NCBI GenBank assembly: GCA_964555165.1
Contig: CAZKRN010000040.1
Coordinates: forward strand, 1-30,916
DNA length: 30,916 nt
From: an uncultured Methyloversatilis sp.
GTDB lineage: Bacteria > Pseudomonadota > Gammaproteobacteria > Burkholderiales > Rhodocyclaceae
Direction: 5' to 3'
Notes under the pieces: generated by a model
Database searches by the model: none
The model's input: the letters and a program-made list of their open reading frames with translations, nothing else
Told to the model about the DNA's origin: nothing
Shown here: in pieces, positions 10,893 through 20,827 of the stretch
Layout: the number at the start of each line of letters is the position of its first letter
Position numbering within the stretch: position 1 is the first letter of the stretch
Made by a program: the position numbers and the translations under genes

Positions 10893-12932
10893 ATGAACGA
10901 CATGAACGCTTCCCTGTTCCTGCGCACGCAGTGCGCCAACGCTCTGCGCGCGCTGTCGATGGACGCGGTGCAGGCCGCGAATTCCGGCCACCCGGGCATG
11001 CCGATGGGCATGGCCGACATCGCCGAGGCGCTGTGGCGCCACCACCTGAAGCACGACCCGGCCGACCCGCACTGGCCGGACCGCGACCGCTTCGTGCTGT
11101 CCAACGGTCACGGCTCGATGCTGCTGTATGCGCTGTTGCACCTGTCGGGCTACGACCTGCCGATGGACGAGCTGCGCCGCTTCCGGCAGCTGCATTCGCG
11201 CACGCCCGGCCACCCCGAGGTCGACGTCACGCCGGGTGTCGAAACCACCACCGGCCCGCTCGGTCAGGGTATCGCCAACGCGGTCGGCATGGCGCTGGCG
11301 GAAAAGCTGCTCGCCGCCGAATTCAACCGGCCGGGCCATACGGTGATCGACCACCGCACCTGGGCGTTCGTCGGCGACGGCTGCCTGATGGAGGGCATCA
11401 GCCACGAAGCGTGTTCGCTGGCCGGCACCTGGCAGCTTTCCAAACTGGTGGTGTTCTACGACGACAACGGCATTTCCATCGACGGCGATGTAGGCGGCTG
11501 GTTCACCGACGATACGCCTGCGCGCTTCGAAGCCTATGGCTGGGCCGTGGTGCGCCATGTCGACGGCCACGACCCGGTGGCGCTGGACGCCGCCATCGAC
11601 ACCGCGCTGACCAGCGACCGGCCGGTGCTGGTCTGCTGCAGGACGCGCATCGGCCAGGGTTCGCCGAACCGCGCCGGCACCGCCAGGGCGCACGGCGAGG
11701 CGCTGGGCGAGGCGGAGATCGCGCTCACCCGCGAAGCGCTGGGCTGGCGCGCCCCACCCTTCGACATACCGGATGCACTGCGCGACGCCTGGTCGGCAAG
11801 GGAAGGCGGAGCGAGCGCCCACCGCGCCTGGCAGCAGCGCTTCGACCACTACGCCAGGGCCTTTCCCGAGCTGGCCGCCGAACTGCGTCGCCGGCTGCGG
11901 CGCGACGCGCCGCTCGCTTCGGACGCACTGCGCGCGCTCGAAGCCGCCTGCGAAGCCGCCGAAGCGCGTGCCGCCGCGGTCGCCACACGCAAGGCCTCGC
12001 AGGACTGCCTGCACATCGTCGCGCCGTCGATGCCCGAACTGCTCGGCGGCTCGGCCGACCTCACCGGCTCCAACCTGACCGACTGGAAGGGCCACCGGCC
12101 GCTCAAGGGAGAGGGCACCGGCAACCACGTGCATTACGGCGTGCGCGAATTCGGCATGGCGGCGGTGATGAATGGCGTGGCACTGCACGGCGGCTACCGG
12201 CCCTTCGGCGGCACCTTCCTCACCTTCTCCGACTACGCGCGCAACGCCATCCGCATGTCGGCGCTGATGAAGCTGCCGGTCACCTATGTATTCACGCACG
12301 ACTCGATCGGCCTCGGCGAGGACGGCCCCACCCACCAGCCGGTCGAGCACGCGGCCAGCCTGCGGCTCATTCCGGGGGTAGACGTCTGGCGGCCGGCCGA
12401 CGCCACCGAAACCGCAGTGGCCTGGCGCGCGGCACTGCGCCGTGGCGCCAGTCCCGATCCCGGCCCGACCTGCCTGCTGCTGTCGCGCCAGGCGCTGCCG
12501 CACGCCGGCGACGGCACGCCGCGCATCGACGACATCGCGCGCGGCGGCTACGTGCTGCGCGCACCGCGCGACGAACAGGTGTGCCTGATCGCCACCGGCT
12601 CCGAAGTCGCGATCGCGCTGCGCGCCGCCGAAGAGCTGGCCGCCGAAGGCATCGCCGCGCGCGTGGTGTCCATGCCCTGCGTCGAGGTGTTCGAGCGGCA
12701 GGAGGAGGACTGGCGCAGGACGGTGATTCCGCGCCACCTGCCGCGGCTGGCCATCGAAGCCGGGCGCACCGCGATGTGGTGGAAGTACGTCGGCGAACGG
12801 GGCGATGTGGTGGGGCTGGACCGCTTCGGCGAATCGGCGCCCGCCGCCCGGCTGTTCGATCTGTTCGGCCTGACGCCGCCGGCAGTCGCCGCGCGGGCGC
12901 GCGCGCTGCTCGCTGCGGGCGAACGCGCATGA
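10893..12932 (+). CDS. cbbT: Transketolase
   Basis: 679 aa. 'GHPGMPMGMADIA', 'GDGCLMEGISHEA', 'THDSIGLGEDGPTHQPVEHAASLR' are TPP-binding and transketolase motifs. RBS GGAGAG. Confidence 0.95.
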   Translation: MNDMNASLFLRTQCANALRALSMDAVQAANSGHPGMPMGMADIAEALWRHHLKHDPADPHWPDRDRFVLSNGHGSMLLYALLHLSGYDLPMDELRRFRQLHSRTPGHPEVDVTPGVETTTGPLGQGIANAVGMALAEKLLAAEFNRPGHTVIDHRTWAFVGDGCLMEGISHEACSLAGTWQLSKLVVFYDDNGISIDGDVGGWFTDDTPARFEAYGWAVVRHVDGHDPVALDAAIDTALTSDRPVLVCCRTRIGQGSPNRAGTARAHGEALGEAEIALTREALGWRAPPFDIPDALRDAWSAREGGASAHRAWQQRFDHYARAFPELAAELRRRLRRDAPLASDALRALEAACEAAEARAAAVATRKASQDCLHIVAPSMPELLGGSADLTGSNLTDWKGHRPLKGEGTGNHVHYGVREFGMAAVMNGVALHGGYRPFGGTFLTFSDYARNAIRMSALMKLPVTYVFTHDSIGLGEDGPTHQPVEHAASLRLIPGVDVWRPADATETAVAWRAALRRGASPDPGPTCLLLSRQALPHAGDGTPRIDDIARGGYVLRAPRDEQVCLIATGSEVAIALRAAEELAAEGIAARVVSMPCVEVFERQEEDWRRTVIPRHLPRLAIEAGRTAMWWKYVGERGDVVGLDRFGESAPAARLFDLFGLTPPAVAARARALLAAGERA

Positions 12933-13804
12933 GGGCCGCACGCATTGCCATCGACGGCGACGGCCCGGTCGCCCGCAGCGTGCTGCGTGCGCTGGCCGGT
13001 CGCGACGACCTGCATCTGGTCGCCATGAACGCGACCGGACACCCGCACGAGGTCGACACCGGCGTGCCGCGGCTGCGCGTGCGCGACGCGCGACGCCTGC
13101 CCTGGAAGCGGCACGCGGTCGACATCGTGCTCGACTGCAGCGGCCGCGACGCACGCGACCACCTCCGGGCCGGTGCGCGCAAGGTATTGAGCTGCACGTC
13201 GTCCGGCGCGGCGGCCGATACAACCGTCGTGTATGGCATCAATCATCGAGCGCTGCGCGACAGCCATCTGCACGTGCACAGCGCATGCCGGGTGACACAC
13301 TGCATCGCGCCGGTCGCGCGTGTGCTGCACGACGCCCTCGGCATTTCGAATGCGATGCTCACCCGCGTGCACAGCCGGCCACACGATGCCGAGCCGGAGC
13401 CCGCCGCCACGGCGCGACCCGCCGGTGCGGCCGAACATCTGCACCGCGTGCTGCCTGAACTGGATCACTGCTTCGACGAAACCGAACCGATGCGCATCGC
13501 CGGCGCGTACGCATCGCTGGTCGGCATGGTGTTCATCGCTCGCCGCGCCAGCACGGCGGATGAGGTGAACGGACTGCTGCAGGCCGCAGCCGCCGGCGAC
13601 TGGTCCGACATCGTGCGCTACGGCGACACGCCCTTCACCACCGCACTGTGCGACCGCGATACGCGCTCCTGCATCTTCGAATCCGGCTGGACCCAGGTGT
13701 CCGGCCGCATCGTGAAGGTGTGCGCCGGCAACCATGGCGACCTCGGGTACGCCCACCGCGTGGTCGACACCGCCCGCGCCATGCACCGCCCTCCTAGCCC
13801 CTAG
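12929..13804 (+). CDS. Highly divergent, shortened GAPDH-like protein at the cbbG position (possible pseudo-enzyme or decaying gene)
   Basis: 292 aa, collinear with GAPDH over its full length: 'RIAIDGDGPVARSVLRAL' aligns with 'KVGINGFGRIGRNVFRAA', 'SACRVTHCIAPVARVLHDALGI' with '[21 protein letters not shown]', 'LTRVHS' with 'MTTVHA', 'VLPEL' is retained. The glycine-rich NAD loop is degraded. There is a 1-aa insertion at the catalytic Cys motif and deletions of about 25 and 10 aa. ATG overlaps the tkt stop. Confidence 0.6.
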   Translation: MRAARIAIDGDGPVARSVLRALAGRDDLHLVAMNATGHPHEVDTGVPRLRVRDARRLPWKRHAVDIVLDCSGRDARDHLRAGARKVLSCTSSGAAADTTVVYGINHRALRDSHLHVHSACRVTHCIAPVARVLHDALGISNAMLTRVHSRPHDAEPEPAATARPAGAAEHLHRVLPELDHCFDETEPMRIAGAYASLVGMVFIARRASTADEVNGLLQAAAAGDWSDIVRYGDTPFTTALCDRDTRSCIFESGWTQVSGRIVKVCAGNHGDLGYAHRVVDTARAMHRPPSP

Positions 13805-13830
13805 CCCCTAGCCCCTAGCCCCTAGCCCCC
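13791..13830. repeat. (CCCCTAG)x5 heptanucleotide tandem repeat
   Basis: TAG at 13795, 13802, 13809, 13816 and 13823, exactly 7 nt apart. The stop codon of the GAPDH-like ORF (13802-13804) lies inside the repeat. Because 7 is not a multiple of 3, the array places a TAG in every forward frame. The fba RBS GAGGA follows immediately. Confidence 0.8.
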
Positions 13831-13842
13831 GAGGATTTGACC

Positions 13843-14859
13843 ATGCCCATGATTTCCCTGCGCCAGCTGCTGGATCACGCCGCCGAACACGGCTACGGCG
13901 TACCGGCCTTCAACATCAACAACCTGGAACAGATACAGGCCATCATGCAGGCGGCGCAGAAGGTGAATGCACCGGTCATCCTGCAGGCGTCGGCCGGCGC
14001 GCGGAAGTATGCGGGCGAGCCCTTCCTGCGCCGCATGGTGGAAGCGGCGGCGGAAATGTATCCTGCGCTGCCCATCGTGCTGCACCAGGACCACGGCGCC
14101 AGCCCGGCGGTATGCGTGCAGGCCATCCGCTCGGGCTTCACCAGCGTCATGATGGATGGCTCGCTGATGGAGGACGCGAAGACGCCCGCCAGCTATGAGT
14201 ACAACGTGGACGTGACGCGCCGCGTGGTCGACATCGCGCACGCGGTCGGCGTGTCGGTGGAAGGCGAACTGGGCTGCCTCGGTTCGCTCGAATCCGGCAC
14301 CGCTGGCGAGGAGGACGGCGTCGGCGCAGCCGGCGTGCTCACCCATGACCAGATGCTGACCGACCCGGACCAGGCCGCCGACTTCGTCGCCGCCACCGGC
14401 GTCGATGCGCTGGCCATCGCCATCGGCACCAGTCACGGCGCCTACAAGTTCTCGCGCGAGCCGACCGGCGACATCCTCGCCATCGACCGCATCAAGGCCA
14501 TCCATGCGCGCATCCCGGACACCCATCTGGTCATGCACGGGTCGAGCAGCGTGCCGCAGGACTGGCTGGGCATCATCCGCGCGCACGGCGGCGACATCCG
14601 CGAAACGTACGGCGTGCCGGTCGAGGAAATCCAGGAAGGCATCCGCCACGGCGTGCGCAAGGTGAATATCGACACAGACATCCGCCTTGCCATGACCGGC
14701 GCAATGCGCCGCGCGATGGCGCGCGACCCGTCGGAATTCGACCCGCGCAAGTTCATGAAAGACGCCATGACCGCCGCCCGCGACCTCTGCATCGAGCGCT
14801 TCGAAGCCTTCGGCTGCGCCGGCATGGCCGGGCGCATCGTGCTGCGCAAGGCGGCCTGA
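13843..14859 (+). CDS. cbbA: Fructose/sedoheptulose-bisphosphate aldolase, class II (Calvin-cycle subtype)
   Basis: '[56 protein letters not shown]', '...LHQDHG', 'SVMMDGS' and '[11 protein letters not shown]' are class-II FBA signatures. RBS GAGGA 7 nt upstream. Confidence 0.92.
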   Translation: MPMISLRQLLDHAAEHGYGVPAFNINNLEQIQAIMQAAQKVNAPVILQASAGARKYAGEPFLRRMVEAAAEMYPALPIVLHQDHGASPAVCVQAIRSGFTSVMMDGSLMEDAKTPASYEYNVDVTRRVVDIAHAVGVSVEGELGCLGSLESGTAGEEDGVGAAGVLTHDQMLTDPDQAADFVAATGVDALAIAIGTSHGAYKFSREPTGDILAIDRIKAIHARIPDTHLVMHGSSSVPQDWLGIIRAHGGDIRETYGVPVEEIQEGIRHGVRKVNIDTDIRLAMTGAMRRAMARDPSEFDPRKFMKDAMTAARDLCIERFEAFGCAGMAGRIVLRKAA

Positions 14860-14875
14860 GCATCGCGAAAACACA

Positions 14876-14974
14876 CCCTCGTGGGAGCGGTCCTCCGACC
14901 GCGACCGCGGCGCCCGACTGGCAGACAGCGCTTGATCACAGGCCGCGTCGGGGTCAGAAGACCCCTCCCACAGG
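14876..14974. repeat. Long imperfect inverted repeat (arms of about 35 bp, spacer about 30 bp) between convergent fba and helicase genes; candidate bidirectional terminator or REP-like element
   Basis: Left arm 'CCCTCGTGGGAGCGGTCCTCCGACCGCGACCGCGGC' pairs with the reverse complement of 'GCCGCGTCGGGGTCAGAAGACCCCTCCCACAGG', with about 80% complementarity including small indels. No U-tract. Confidence 0.45.
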
Positions 14975-15008
14975 CTCTCGCCCGGAGCAACCCGATGCAC
15001 GAACCGCA

Positions 15009-16871
15009 TCAAGCGGTTGCAGCGGTCCCGAGTATGGCCTTCAGCCGCGCCGCGAACCCGCGCTCGGCGGAAGCGGTCACCAGCAGGCGCTCGGTCGAAC
15101 GTGTCATCGCGACATAGAGCAGTTTGGCGTCAGCCGCCACGCGCTCCGTGTCATCCTCTGCTCGCGGCAGCGTGTGGGTGCCGCAAACGACCATGAAGGG
15201 AAACTCCAGCCCCTTGCTGCTGTGCATGGTCATCAGTTTCACTGTGTCTTCCGACGGGCTGAAGCGGCGCTTCGATTGCGAATCGGACAGCCAGTGCACC
15301 GGTATCGATGACGCCTTCAGATAGCGATGCAGGCGGTCGCCGATGTACCTGTCGGGGCAGGCGATACACATGTCGGCCCAGGCCACGCCGCGCTCCGCGT
15401 GCATCTTCTTCAGCGTGCGGGTGATGAGCGCCATTTCGTCGCGGTCGGATCCGACGATGCGCAGCACCGGTGGCGGGCCGCGACGCCCGCTCGACTGAGG
15501 CTCGATCAGTGGCACATGATCGTCGTCGGCATCTGCCGCGGTCAGGTAGACGCGAGCAAAGTCGTAGGCGAAACGAATCACATCCTCGGTGTTGCGATAG
15601 TTCAGCTTGAGTACCGTGCTGCGGCCACGTGCTTGTATGCCCACGCTGGACAGGCTGAAGTCCAGGCCACCACGTTTGCCGTAGATCGACTGCGCGTCGT
15701 CATACAGCATCAGGAAGGAACTGGTTTCCGGGTCGACCATGCCAACGATGAGGCGCAACCACTCCGGCGCGAAATCGTGCCCCTCGTCGATCATCACCGC
15801 ACCGTATTGAGCGCGCGGTATGAGGCCCTTGTCGACGGCGTCGATCACGGTGGATACGAGCTGCTCGAAATAGTCCTTTCCCGTTGCCGGGCGCTCGACG
15901 TGATAGGCCCGCAACTGTTCGCTGCACCAGTCGTGGAAGTGATAGACGCTCACCTTGTCAGCGATACCACGGCTGGCGATAAGGTCACGCAGCCGTGCGG
16001 CCAGCGCGATGTTGTAGCAGAGCACGAGAATGGGTTTCGCGAGCAGCTTGGCCAGATGCAGGCAACGGTAGCCAAGGATGAGCGTCTTGCCGGAGCCGGC
16101 CACGCCATGGATGACGCGGTGCCCGTCGCCCAGGCTGCGGGCCAGCAGTTCCTGCTGCATGTCCATCACCTTGACGAGATCCGGCAGCACGCTATCGGCC
16201 GAAGCTTCGTCATCGACCTCAGCAAACAGGTCCGCCTGCTGATGACCGATGCGCACCTCCGGAAACAGGTGCCAACGGATGCGGTCGATCTGCGGCAGCG
16301 TGAGACTTTGCGGAAAGCTCACGTCAAACATGCTCCACAGCCGCTGCTGAAACTCCTCGGCGTCGCTTGCCTCGCGCATTTCGTCGGCGCAGATGACGCG
16401 ATGTGGCGGCAGAACGTCGCCGAGGTCGGTACCGTCGAACTGCTTGCGCGTCATGCCGCTGAGCACTACGCCATAGCCCCAGGGCAGTACGAGCTTGCCG
16501 CGATATCGACCGTCCTGTTGAACCAGCTGGGGATCGCGCTCCAAGTCGCCGATGAGCTGATAGGCGCACTGCCTTACCTGTTCCAGCGGATTGCTCACCA
16601 CCCGCGGTCCCGCCTCGGTCAGTATCTGCGCCGATACGCGGTCGATGGACTGTATGGTGGCGAGCCGCCAGTCCTTCACTTCCAGCAGCAGCAGGCCACG
16701 GCGGGGGTGCAGGACGATGAAGTCCGAGTACCGCCGGCGGTCGCCGACCGGCATGTCATACCAGCACAGGTAGTCGTCTTCCAGCTTGTCTTCGAGCCGC
16801 TGCGCAAAACGTCGTTCGCCCGCCTGCATTCGGGACGTACACGCGCTGTATGAGGGAATGAGCGTAGCCAT
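15009..16871 (-). CDS. NERD-domain + UvrD/Rep-like superfamily-1 helicase
   Basis: N-terminal 'YLCWYDMPVGDRRRYSDFIVLHPRRGLLLLEVKDW' resembles NERD (nuclease-related domain). Walker A 'GVAGSGKTLILGY', 'AVMIDEGHDF' (Walker B / motif II), C-terminal 'MTMHSSKGLEFPFMVV' (UvrD motif V/VI-like). ATG at 16871, 620 aa. Confidence 0.75.
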   Translation of the reverse strand: MATLIPSYSACTSRMQAGERRFAQRLEDKLEDDYLCWYDMPVGDRRRYSDFIVLHPRRGLLLLEVKDWRLATIQSIDRVSAQILTEAGPRVVSNPLEQVRQCAYQLIGDLERDPQLVQQDGRYRGKLVLPWGYGVVLSGMTRKQFDGTDLGDVLPPHRVICADEMREASDAEEFQQRLWSMFDVSFPQSLTLPQIDRIRWHLFPEVRIGHQQADLFAEVDDEASADSVLPDLVKVMDMQQELLARSLGDGHRVIHGVAGSGKTLILGYRCLHLAKLLAKPILVLCYNIALAARLRDLIASRGIADKVSVYHFHDWCSEQLRAYHVERPATGKDYFEQLVSTVIDAVDKGLIPRAQYGAVMIDEGHDFAPEWLRLIVGMVDPETSSFLMLYDDAQSIYGKRGGLDFSLSSVGIQARGRSTVLKLNYRNTEDVIRFAYDFARVYLTAADADDDHVPLIEPQSSGRRGPPPVLRIVGSDRDEMALITRTLKKMHAERGVAWADMCIACPDRYIGDRLHRYLKASSIPVHWLSDSQSKRRFSPSEDTVKLMTMHSSKGLEFPFMVVCGTHTLPRAEDDTERVAADAKLLYVAMTRSTERLLVTASAERGFAARLKAILGTAATA

Positions 16872-17271
16872 GCCTGGAAGAGGAAGGCGCAAGACAGCCG
16901 GAATGATAGTGGATGTGTTCGAGAGGCTGCGTGGATGCCTAATTGGATGGCGGACCATCCGGTCCTGCGTCGCAAACCGTCCCGATACCGATCGGTGGAA
17001 CGGTGGTGCCGCTGGAGATCGTCCGCTGATCCAACTCGTCGACCCACTACCTTTAAACCTTGCGATCCAGAAACAACGAGACGCTGCAGACCCAGAGCAC
17101 GACCGAGGCCAGCATCGGCACTTGCATTCTGCTCTGGCTGCGCCTCGCTCCAATGCTTCGGCCGCTTCGCCGGACTACAACTTCATCGCCGGTACGATGG
17201 AAGTTCTGGGCCAAGCATGCAATCAACACCCGCCGTCTGTCGGACAATACTTTCGTAACAGAGGATCGCGC

Positions 17272-18633
17272 CTAGGTCGATGACGCAGCCGCCGGCAGTT
17301 CGAGCACGAATTCGGCGCCACCCTCCGGATGGTTGCGCGCGGTAAGTGTGCCGCCGTGCTGTTCGACAATGCCGTAGCTGATGGACAGGCCGAGGCCGGT
17401 GCCCTTGCCGACCGGCTTGGTGGTGAAGAACGGTTCGAAGATGCGCGACAGGTATTGCTCCGGGATACCCGGGCCGTTGTCGCGCAGCGTGAGCCGCATG
17501 CGCTCGCCGGACGCGGCACAGCCGAGCTGGAGCACGGCGTGACGGCCGTCCGCGGCCGCGGCGTCGCAGGCGTTCTGCAGCAGGTTCATCACCACCTGCT
17601 GCAGCTGGCCGGCGCTGCCCGTCACGACGCAGGGTTCGCCCGGTTCCCACGCGACTTCGATGTCGCAGGTGCTGCCTTTGCGTATCCAGTGGATGGCACG
17701 CGTGATGACGGTGTTCAGATCGACCGGTTCGCGGCTGCCGGAATCGACTGCGGAAAAGCGTTTCAGGCCGTTGACGATGTCGGCCGTGCGCTGCGCGCCT
17801 TCGACCGTGCCTTCGATCAACGAGGGCAGATCCTGCAGCAGATGTTCGATGCGCAGCTTCACGCGCAGGTCGGCGAGCGCTTCGTCGGACAAGCCGGCGT
17901 GCACCGCGTCGATGTAGCGGCCCATGCGCTCGCTGTACTTCTTCAGCGCATGCACATTGCCGAGGACGAAGCTGATCGGGTTGTTCAGTTCGTGCGCGAC
18001 GCCGGCGACCAGACGACCGAGCGAGGCCATCTTTTCCGAATGCAGCAGTTGCTGCTGCGCCAGCTTCAGCGCCTCGTGCGCTTCGCGCAGTTCGTGATAG
18101 GCGCGCTTCAGCTCTGCCGTCGGCCGGCCGACGAACACGGTGCCGGCGCGTTTGCCGTTGCGCGCGAAGCGTGGCGTCAGATTGGTGTCGACCGGCACCG
18201 GACTGCCTTCGCTGTCACGCAGATTGAGCTCGACCGCCTGACCGCGCCGCGACGGGTTGGCGTCGTCGAGCACGCCACGCATGCGCGCGCGGCTCTCCTC
18301 GTCGGCCAGCAGAGCGAGTACCGGCAGGCCGCGCAATTCGTCGTCGCTGCGCCCCACCAGTTCGCACAAGGCGGCGTTGGTCTCCTCGATTTCTCCGCGC
18401 TCGTTGCACACCAGCAGCACGTCCGACATCGCCGACATGACGCTGAAGATGAACTGCTGCGACTGCTCCAGTTCGACGTTCTTCTGTTCGAGCGCGATTT
18501 CGTCGCTCACCAGCTGCGAATACACCTCGTCCATGCGCTGGATCACGTCCAGCCAGGTCGACTCGTCCACGCCCTCGATGTGCGCGCGTGCGATCAGGGC
18601 TTCGGTGTCGGCGGGCTTGGGCAGGTCGGTCAT
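17272..18633 (-). CDS. Cytoplasmic PAS-domain sensor histidine kinase (HisKA + HATPase_c, no receiver, no TM segments)
   Basis: H-box '[19 protein letters not shown]', N-box '[13 protein letters not shown]', G-boxes 'RDNGPGIP' and '[18 protein letters not shown]'. PAS-like region '[33 protein letters not shown]'. Alternative upstream ATG at 18666. Confidence 0.8.
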   Translation of the reverse strand: MTDLPKPADTEALIARAHIEGVDESTWLDVIQRMDEVYSQLVSDEIALEQKNVELEQSQQFIFSVMSAMSDVLLVCNERGEIEETNAALCELVGRSDDELRGLPVLALLADEESRARMRGVLDDANPSRRGQAVELNLRDSEGSPVPVDTNLTPRFARNGKRAGTVFVGRPTAELKRAYHELREAHEALKLAQQQLLHSEKMASLGRLVAGVAHELNNPISFVLGNVHALKKYSERMGRYIDAVHAGLSDEALADLRVKLRIEHLLQDLPSLIEGTVEGAQRTADIVNGLKRFSAVDSGSREPVDLNTVITRAIHWIRKGSTCDIEVAWEPGEPCVVTGSAGQLQQVVMNLLQNACDAAAADGRHAVLQLGCAASGERMRLTLRDNGPGIPEQYLSRIFEPFFTTKPVGKGTGLGLSISYGIVEQHGGTLTARNHPEGGAEFVLELPAAASST

Positions 18634-18783
18634 CGCGGCGGCGGGCAGGTGTCGGAAACGGCGCATCGCAGCGCCGGCCGCGCGCCGCCAGAGACCGGGT
18701 GGAAGTCGAGCGCGTGCCCGGCCGGTTCGGCCGCGCAGCAGCGGGTAGCGACGTCGGGATCGGCAGCGTGCATGGCATGACTT

Positions 18784-19746
18784 TCAGCGACGCCGGCACA
18801 GTAGCACGCCACCCAGTGCCAGCGCGAAACCGGCCATCTGCAGCGGTGCCAGCCGCTCGCCGAACAGCAGCGCCGCCTGCGCGGCGGCCAGCGGCGGCGC
18901 CAGCAGCACGAGCACACTCACCTTCGCCGCCGAACCGCGGCGCACCATCCACACCAGCAGCGTGCTGCCGATGGCGGACAGGCCGAGCACCGCCCAGGCC
19001 AGCGCCGCCCACAGCGCCGGGCCCGGCACCCACAGCGACTCGCCGAGCGCCAGCGCGATCACCAGGCAGACCAGCGCACCGCCGGCATTCTGGATGGCGC
19101 TCGAACTGAACAGATCCGCAGCGGCAATCGAACTCTTCTGCACCAGCGTGCCGGCAGTGATGCCGGCCACTGCCACCAGCGCCACACCGACCACCAGCGG
19201 CGACAGCGCCTCCGGGCCGACGCTGGCCAGCCGTGGCGCCAGCACCAGCACGACGCCCAGCGCGCCGGCCAGCAGACCGCCCCAGAAATGGCGACCCAGC
19301 GGCTCGTCGAACAGGCGCTGCGCGATCAGCGCGGTGAACATCGGCTGCAGCGTGGCGAGCAGCGCCATCACGGCCGGCGACAGCCCGTGTGCCACCGCCC
19401 AGTAGCCGCCGCCCATGTACACACCCTGCAGCAGCGCCCCGGCCAACAGGTGTTTGGGCCACTGCGCGCGCGCCGGCCAGGCGACACGCAGCACGCCGGC
19501 AATGGCCGCGTACATCAGCGTGGTCAGCGTGAAGCGGGCGAGCAGGAACAGCGCCGGGTCGGCGACACCGTCAATGGCCCGCGCGACGATGAAGCCGGTG
19601 GACCAGACGAGGACGAACAGGGCGGGAGCGATGACGGCGAGCACGGGACGGGACAGGAAGCACGAGGGCTGCGAGTCTGCACCGGCGTCGCGGCGATGTC
19701 TTGTCCAGAACCGCAATCCGGGAACGCCGGTACTCGGCGCAGACAC
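18784..19746 (-). CDS. EamA/DMT-family transporter (two EamA repeats)
   Basis: Strongly hydrophobic, roughly 10 predicted TM helices, with duplicated 'LxxxxLxWGxxF'-type segments ('PALFVLVWSTGFIVAR', 'AGGALVCLVIALALGESL'). The ORF-track start is GTG 19746. The true start is probably an internal GTG near 19644 ('VLAVIAPALF...'). Start uncertain. Confidence 0.7.
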   Translation of the reverse strand: MSAPSTGVPGLRFWTRHRRDAGADSQPSCFLSRPVLAVIAPALFVLVWSTGFIVARAIDGVADPALFLLARFTLTTLMYAAIAGVLRVAWPARAQWPKHLLAGALLQGVYMGGGYWAVAHGLSPAVMALLATLQPMFTALIAQRLFDEPLGRHFWGGLLAGALGVVLVLAPRLASVGPEALSPLVVGVALVAVAGITAGTLVQKSSIAAADLFSSSAIQNAGGALVCLVIALALGESLWVPGPALWAALAWAVLGLSAIGSTLLVWMVRRGSAAKVSVLVLLAPPLAAAQAALLFGERLAPLQMAGFALALGGVLLCRRR

Positions 19747-19788
19747 CTTCCGCCCCCCCGCGTCGCGGCCAGACCAGCCGGATCGCCG

Positions 19789-20826
19789 TCAGCCGTCGCG
19801 GCGAGCCACGACCACCTCGGCCCCGGCCGCGGCTTCGTCCAGCGTGATGGAGAGCGGAAGGAAGGCCTCGATCACCTTCACCACGGTACGACAGTGCGAC
19901 GAAACCGTCGTGCACCGGAACCGCGAACCACCCGCCAGCGAGGCCGGGAGCATGATCTGGTCGGCAAGATGTTCACCCACGGGCGCCGTACCGGCCAGAT
20001 AGGCGCGTACCTGGCGCACCAGCGCGACCGCGACCAGCGCCGCCGGTCGGCCGCGTTCGCCGAAGGCCGAGAAGACCTCGGTGGTTGCGTCGCTCGCTAT
20101 CGTCATCTGCAGTACGTTTCCCGGTCCTTCGTTGGCTGGCAAGAGACGGATGTCGCTGCCGATGTCGGGCAATTGCCCGGCCAGGGCGCGGCTCACGGCC
20201 TCGATTTCGCGGCGTGCGACGTCGGCCGGTACGGCAGCGACGATGGACTCGACCCGGGCACCGCGCAGTGTTCCCCGCTCAAGCAGATGCAATGGATCCA
20301 GCCGGGCGACGGGCACCGTGCGGGCGACCAGCCGCCCGCCCCCGGCCGGGTAGAAACCGTGCCTGGGCACGTCGATATCCACGGACGCACCGATGGCACG
20401 CACGTGCGGCACCCAGGCGCGCAGAAGAAAGTCCGCCGTGGGCGCCGCACTGTTGTGCGTGCCACCGCTGATCTCGACCGTGGACGGCGCGTCGGCATGC
20501 CAGAGCGCAGGCAACAGGGTCTGCAGCACCAGCGTCGTACTGCCCGCCGAGCCGATGGCGAATCGATAGTCTCCGCCGCGCACCCGTCCGGGAACGAAGG
20601 TCAGCGCCTGCGACCCCGGCTCAAGCCCGCTGACGCGCGCGCCGCAGATTTCGGCCGACGCACCGACGGCCACCATATGCTGCCTGAGCAGTCCGGGGCG
20701 CGGGCGTCCGGCGCGGATGCGCGTCATGCGGAAGGGGCGTCCGGTGACCATGGACAGGGAAAGTGCGGTACGCAGAATCTGCCCACCCCCTTCGCCGACG
20801 GATCCATCGAGTTCCAGCATGTCCAT
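19789..20826 (-). CDS. rtcA: RNA 3'-terminal phosphate cyclase
   Basis: 'MDMLELDGSVGEGGGQILRTALSLSMVTGRPFRMTRIRAGRPRPGL', then 'EISGGTHNSAAPTADFL' containing the catalytic His of the RtcA family. One nt separates it from the rtcB stop. Confidence 0.9.
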   Translation of the reverse strand: MDMLELDGSVGEGGGQILRTALSLSMVTGRPFRMTRIRAGRPRPGLLRQHMVAVGASAEICGARVSGLEPGSQALTFVPGRVRGGDYRFAIGSAGSTTLVLQTLLPALWHADAPSTVEISGGTHNSAAPTADFLLRAWVPHVRAIGASVDIDVPRHGFYPAGGGRLVARTVPVARLDPLHLLERGTLRGARVESIVAAVPADVARREIEAVSRALAGQLPDIGSDIRLLPANEGPGNVLQMTIASDATTEVFSAFGERGRPAALVAVALVRQVRAYLAGTAPVGEHLADQIMLPASLAGGSRFRCTTVSSHCRTVVKVIEAFLPLSITLDEAAAGAEVVVARRDG

Positions 20827-20827
20827 G

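Noticed and set aside
10827-13223. 798-aa minus-strand ORF antisense to transketolase
   Set aside because: Antisense to tkt. Arg/Ala/Pro-rich, low-complexity translation. High-GC artefact.
10931-13804. 957-aa plus-strand ORF
   Set aside because: Only the last 292 codons (from ATG 12929) make sense as the GAPDH-like protein. The upstream 660 codons are the +1 frame of tkt with no start context. The ORF is a frame artefact fused to a real gene.
13791-13830. CRISPR array
   Set aside because: The repeat unit is only 7 bp with no spacers. It is a simple microsatellite, not a CRISPR. No cas genes are in the window.
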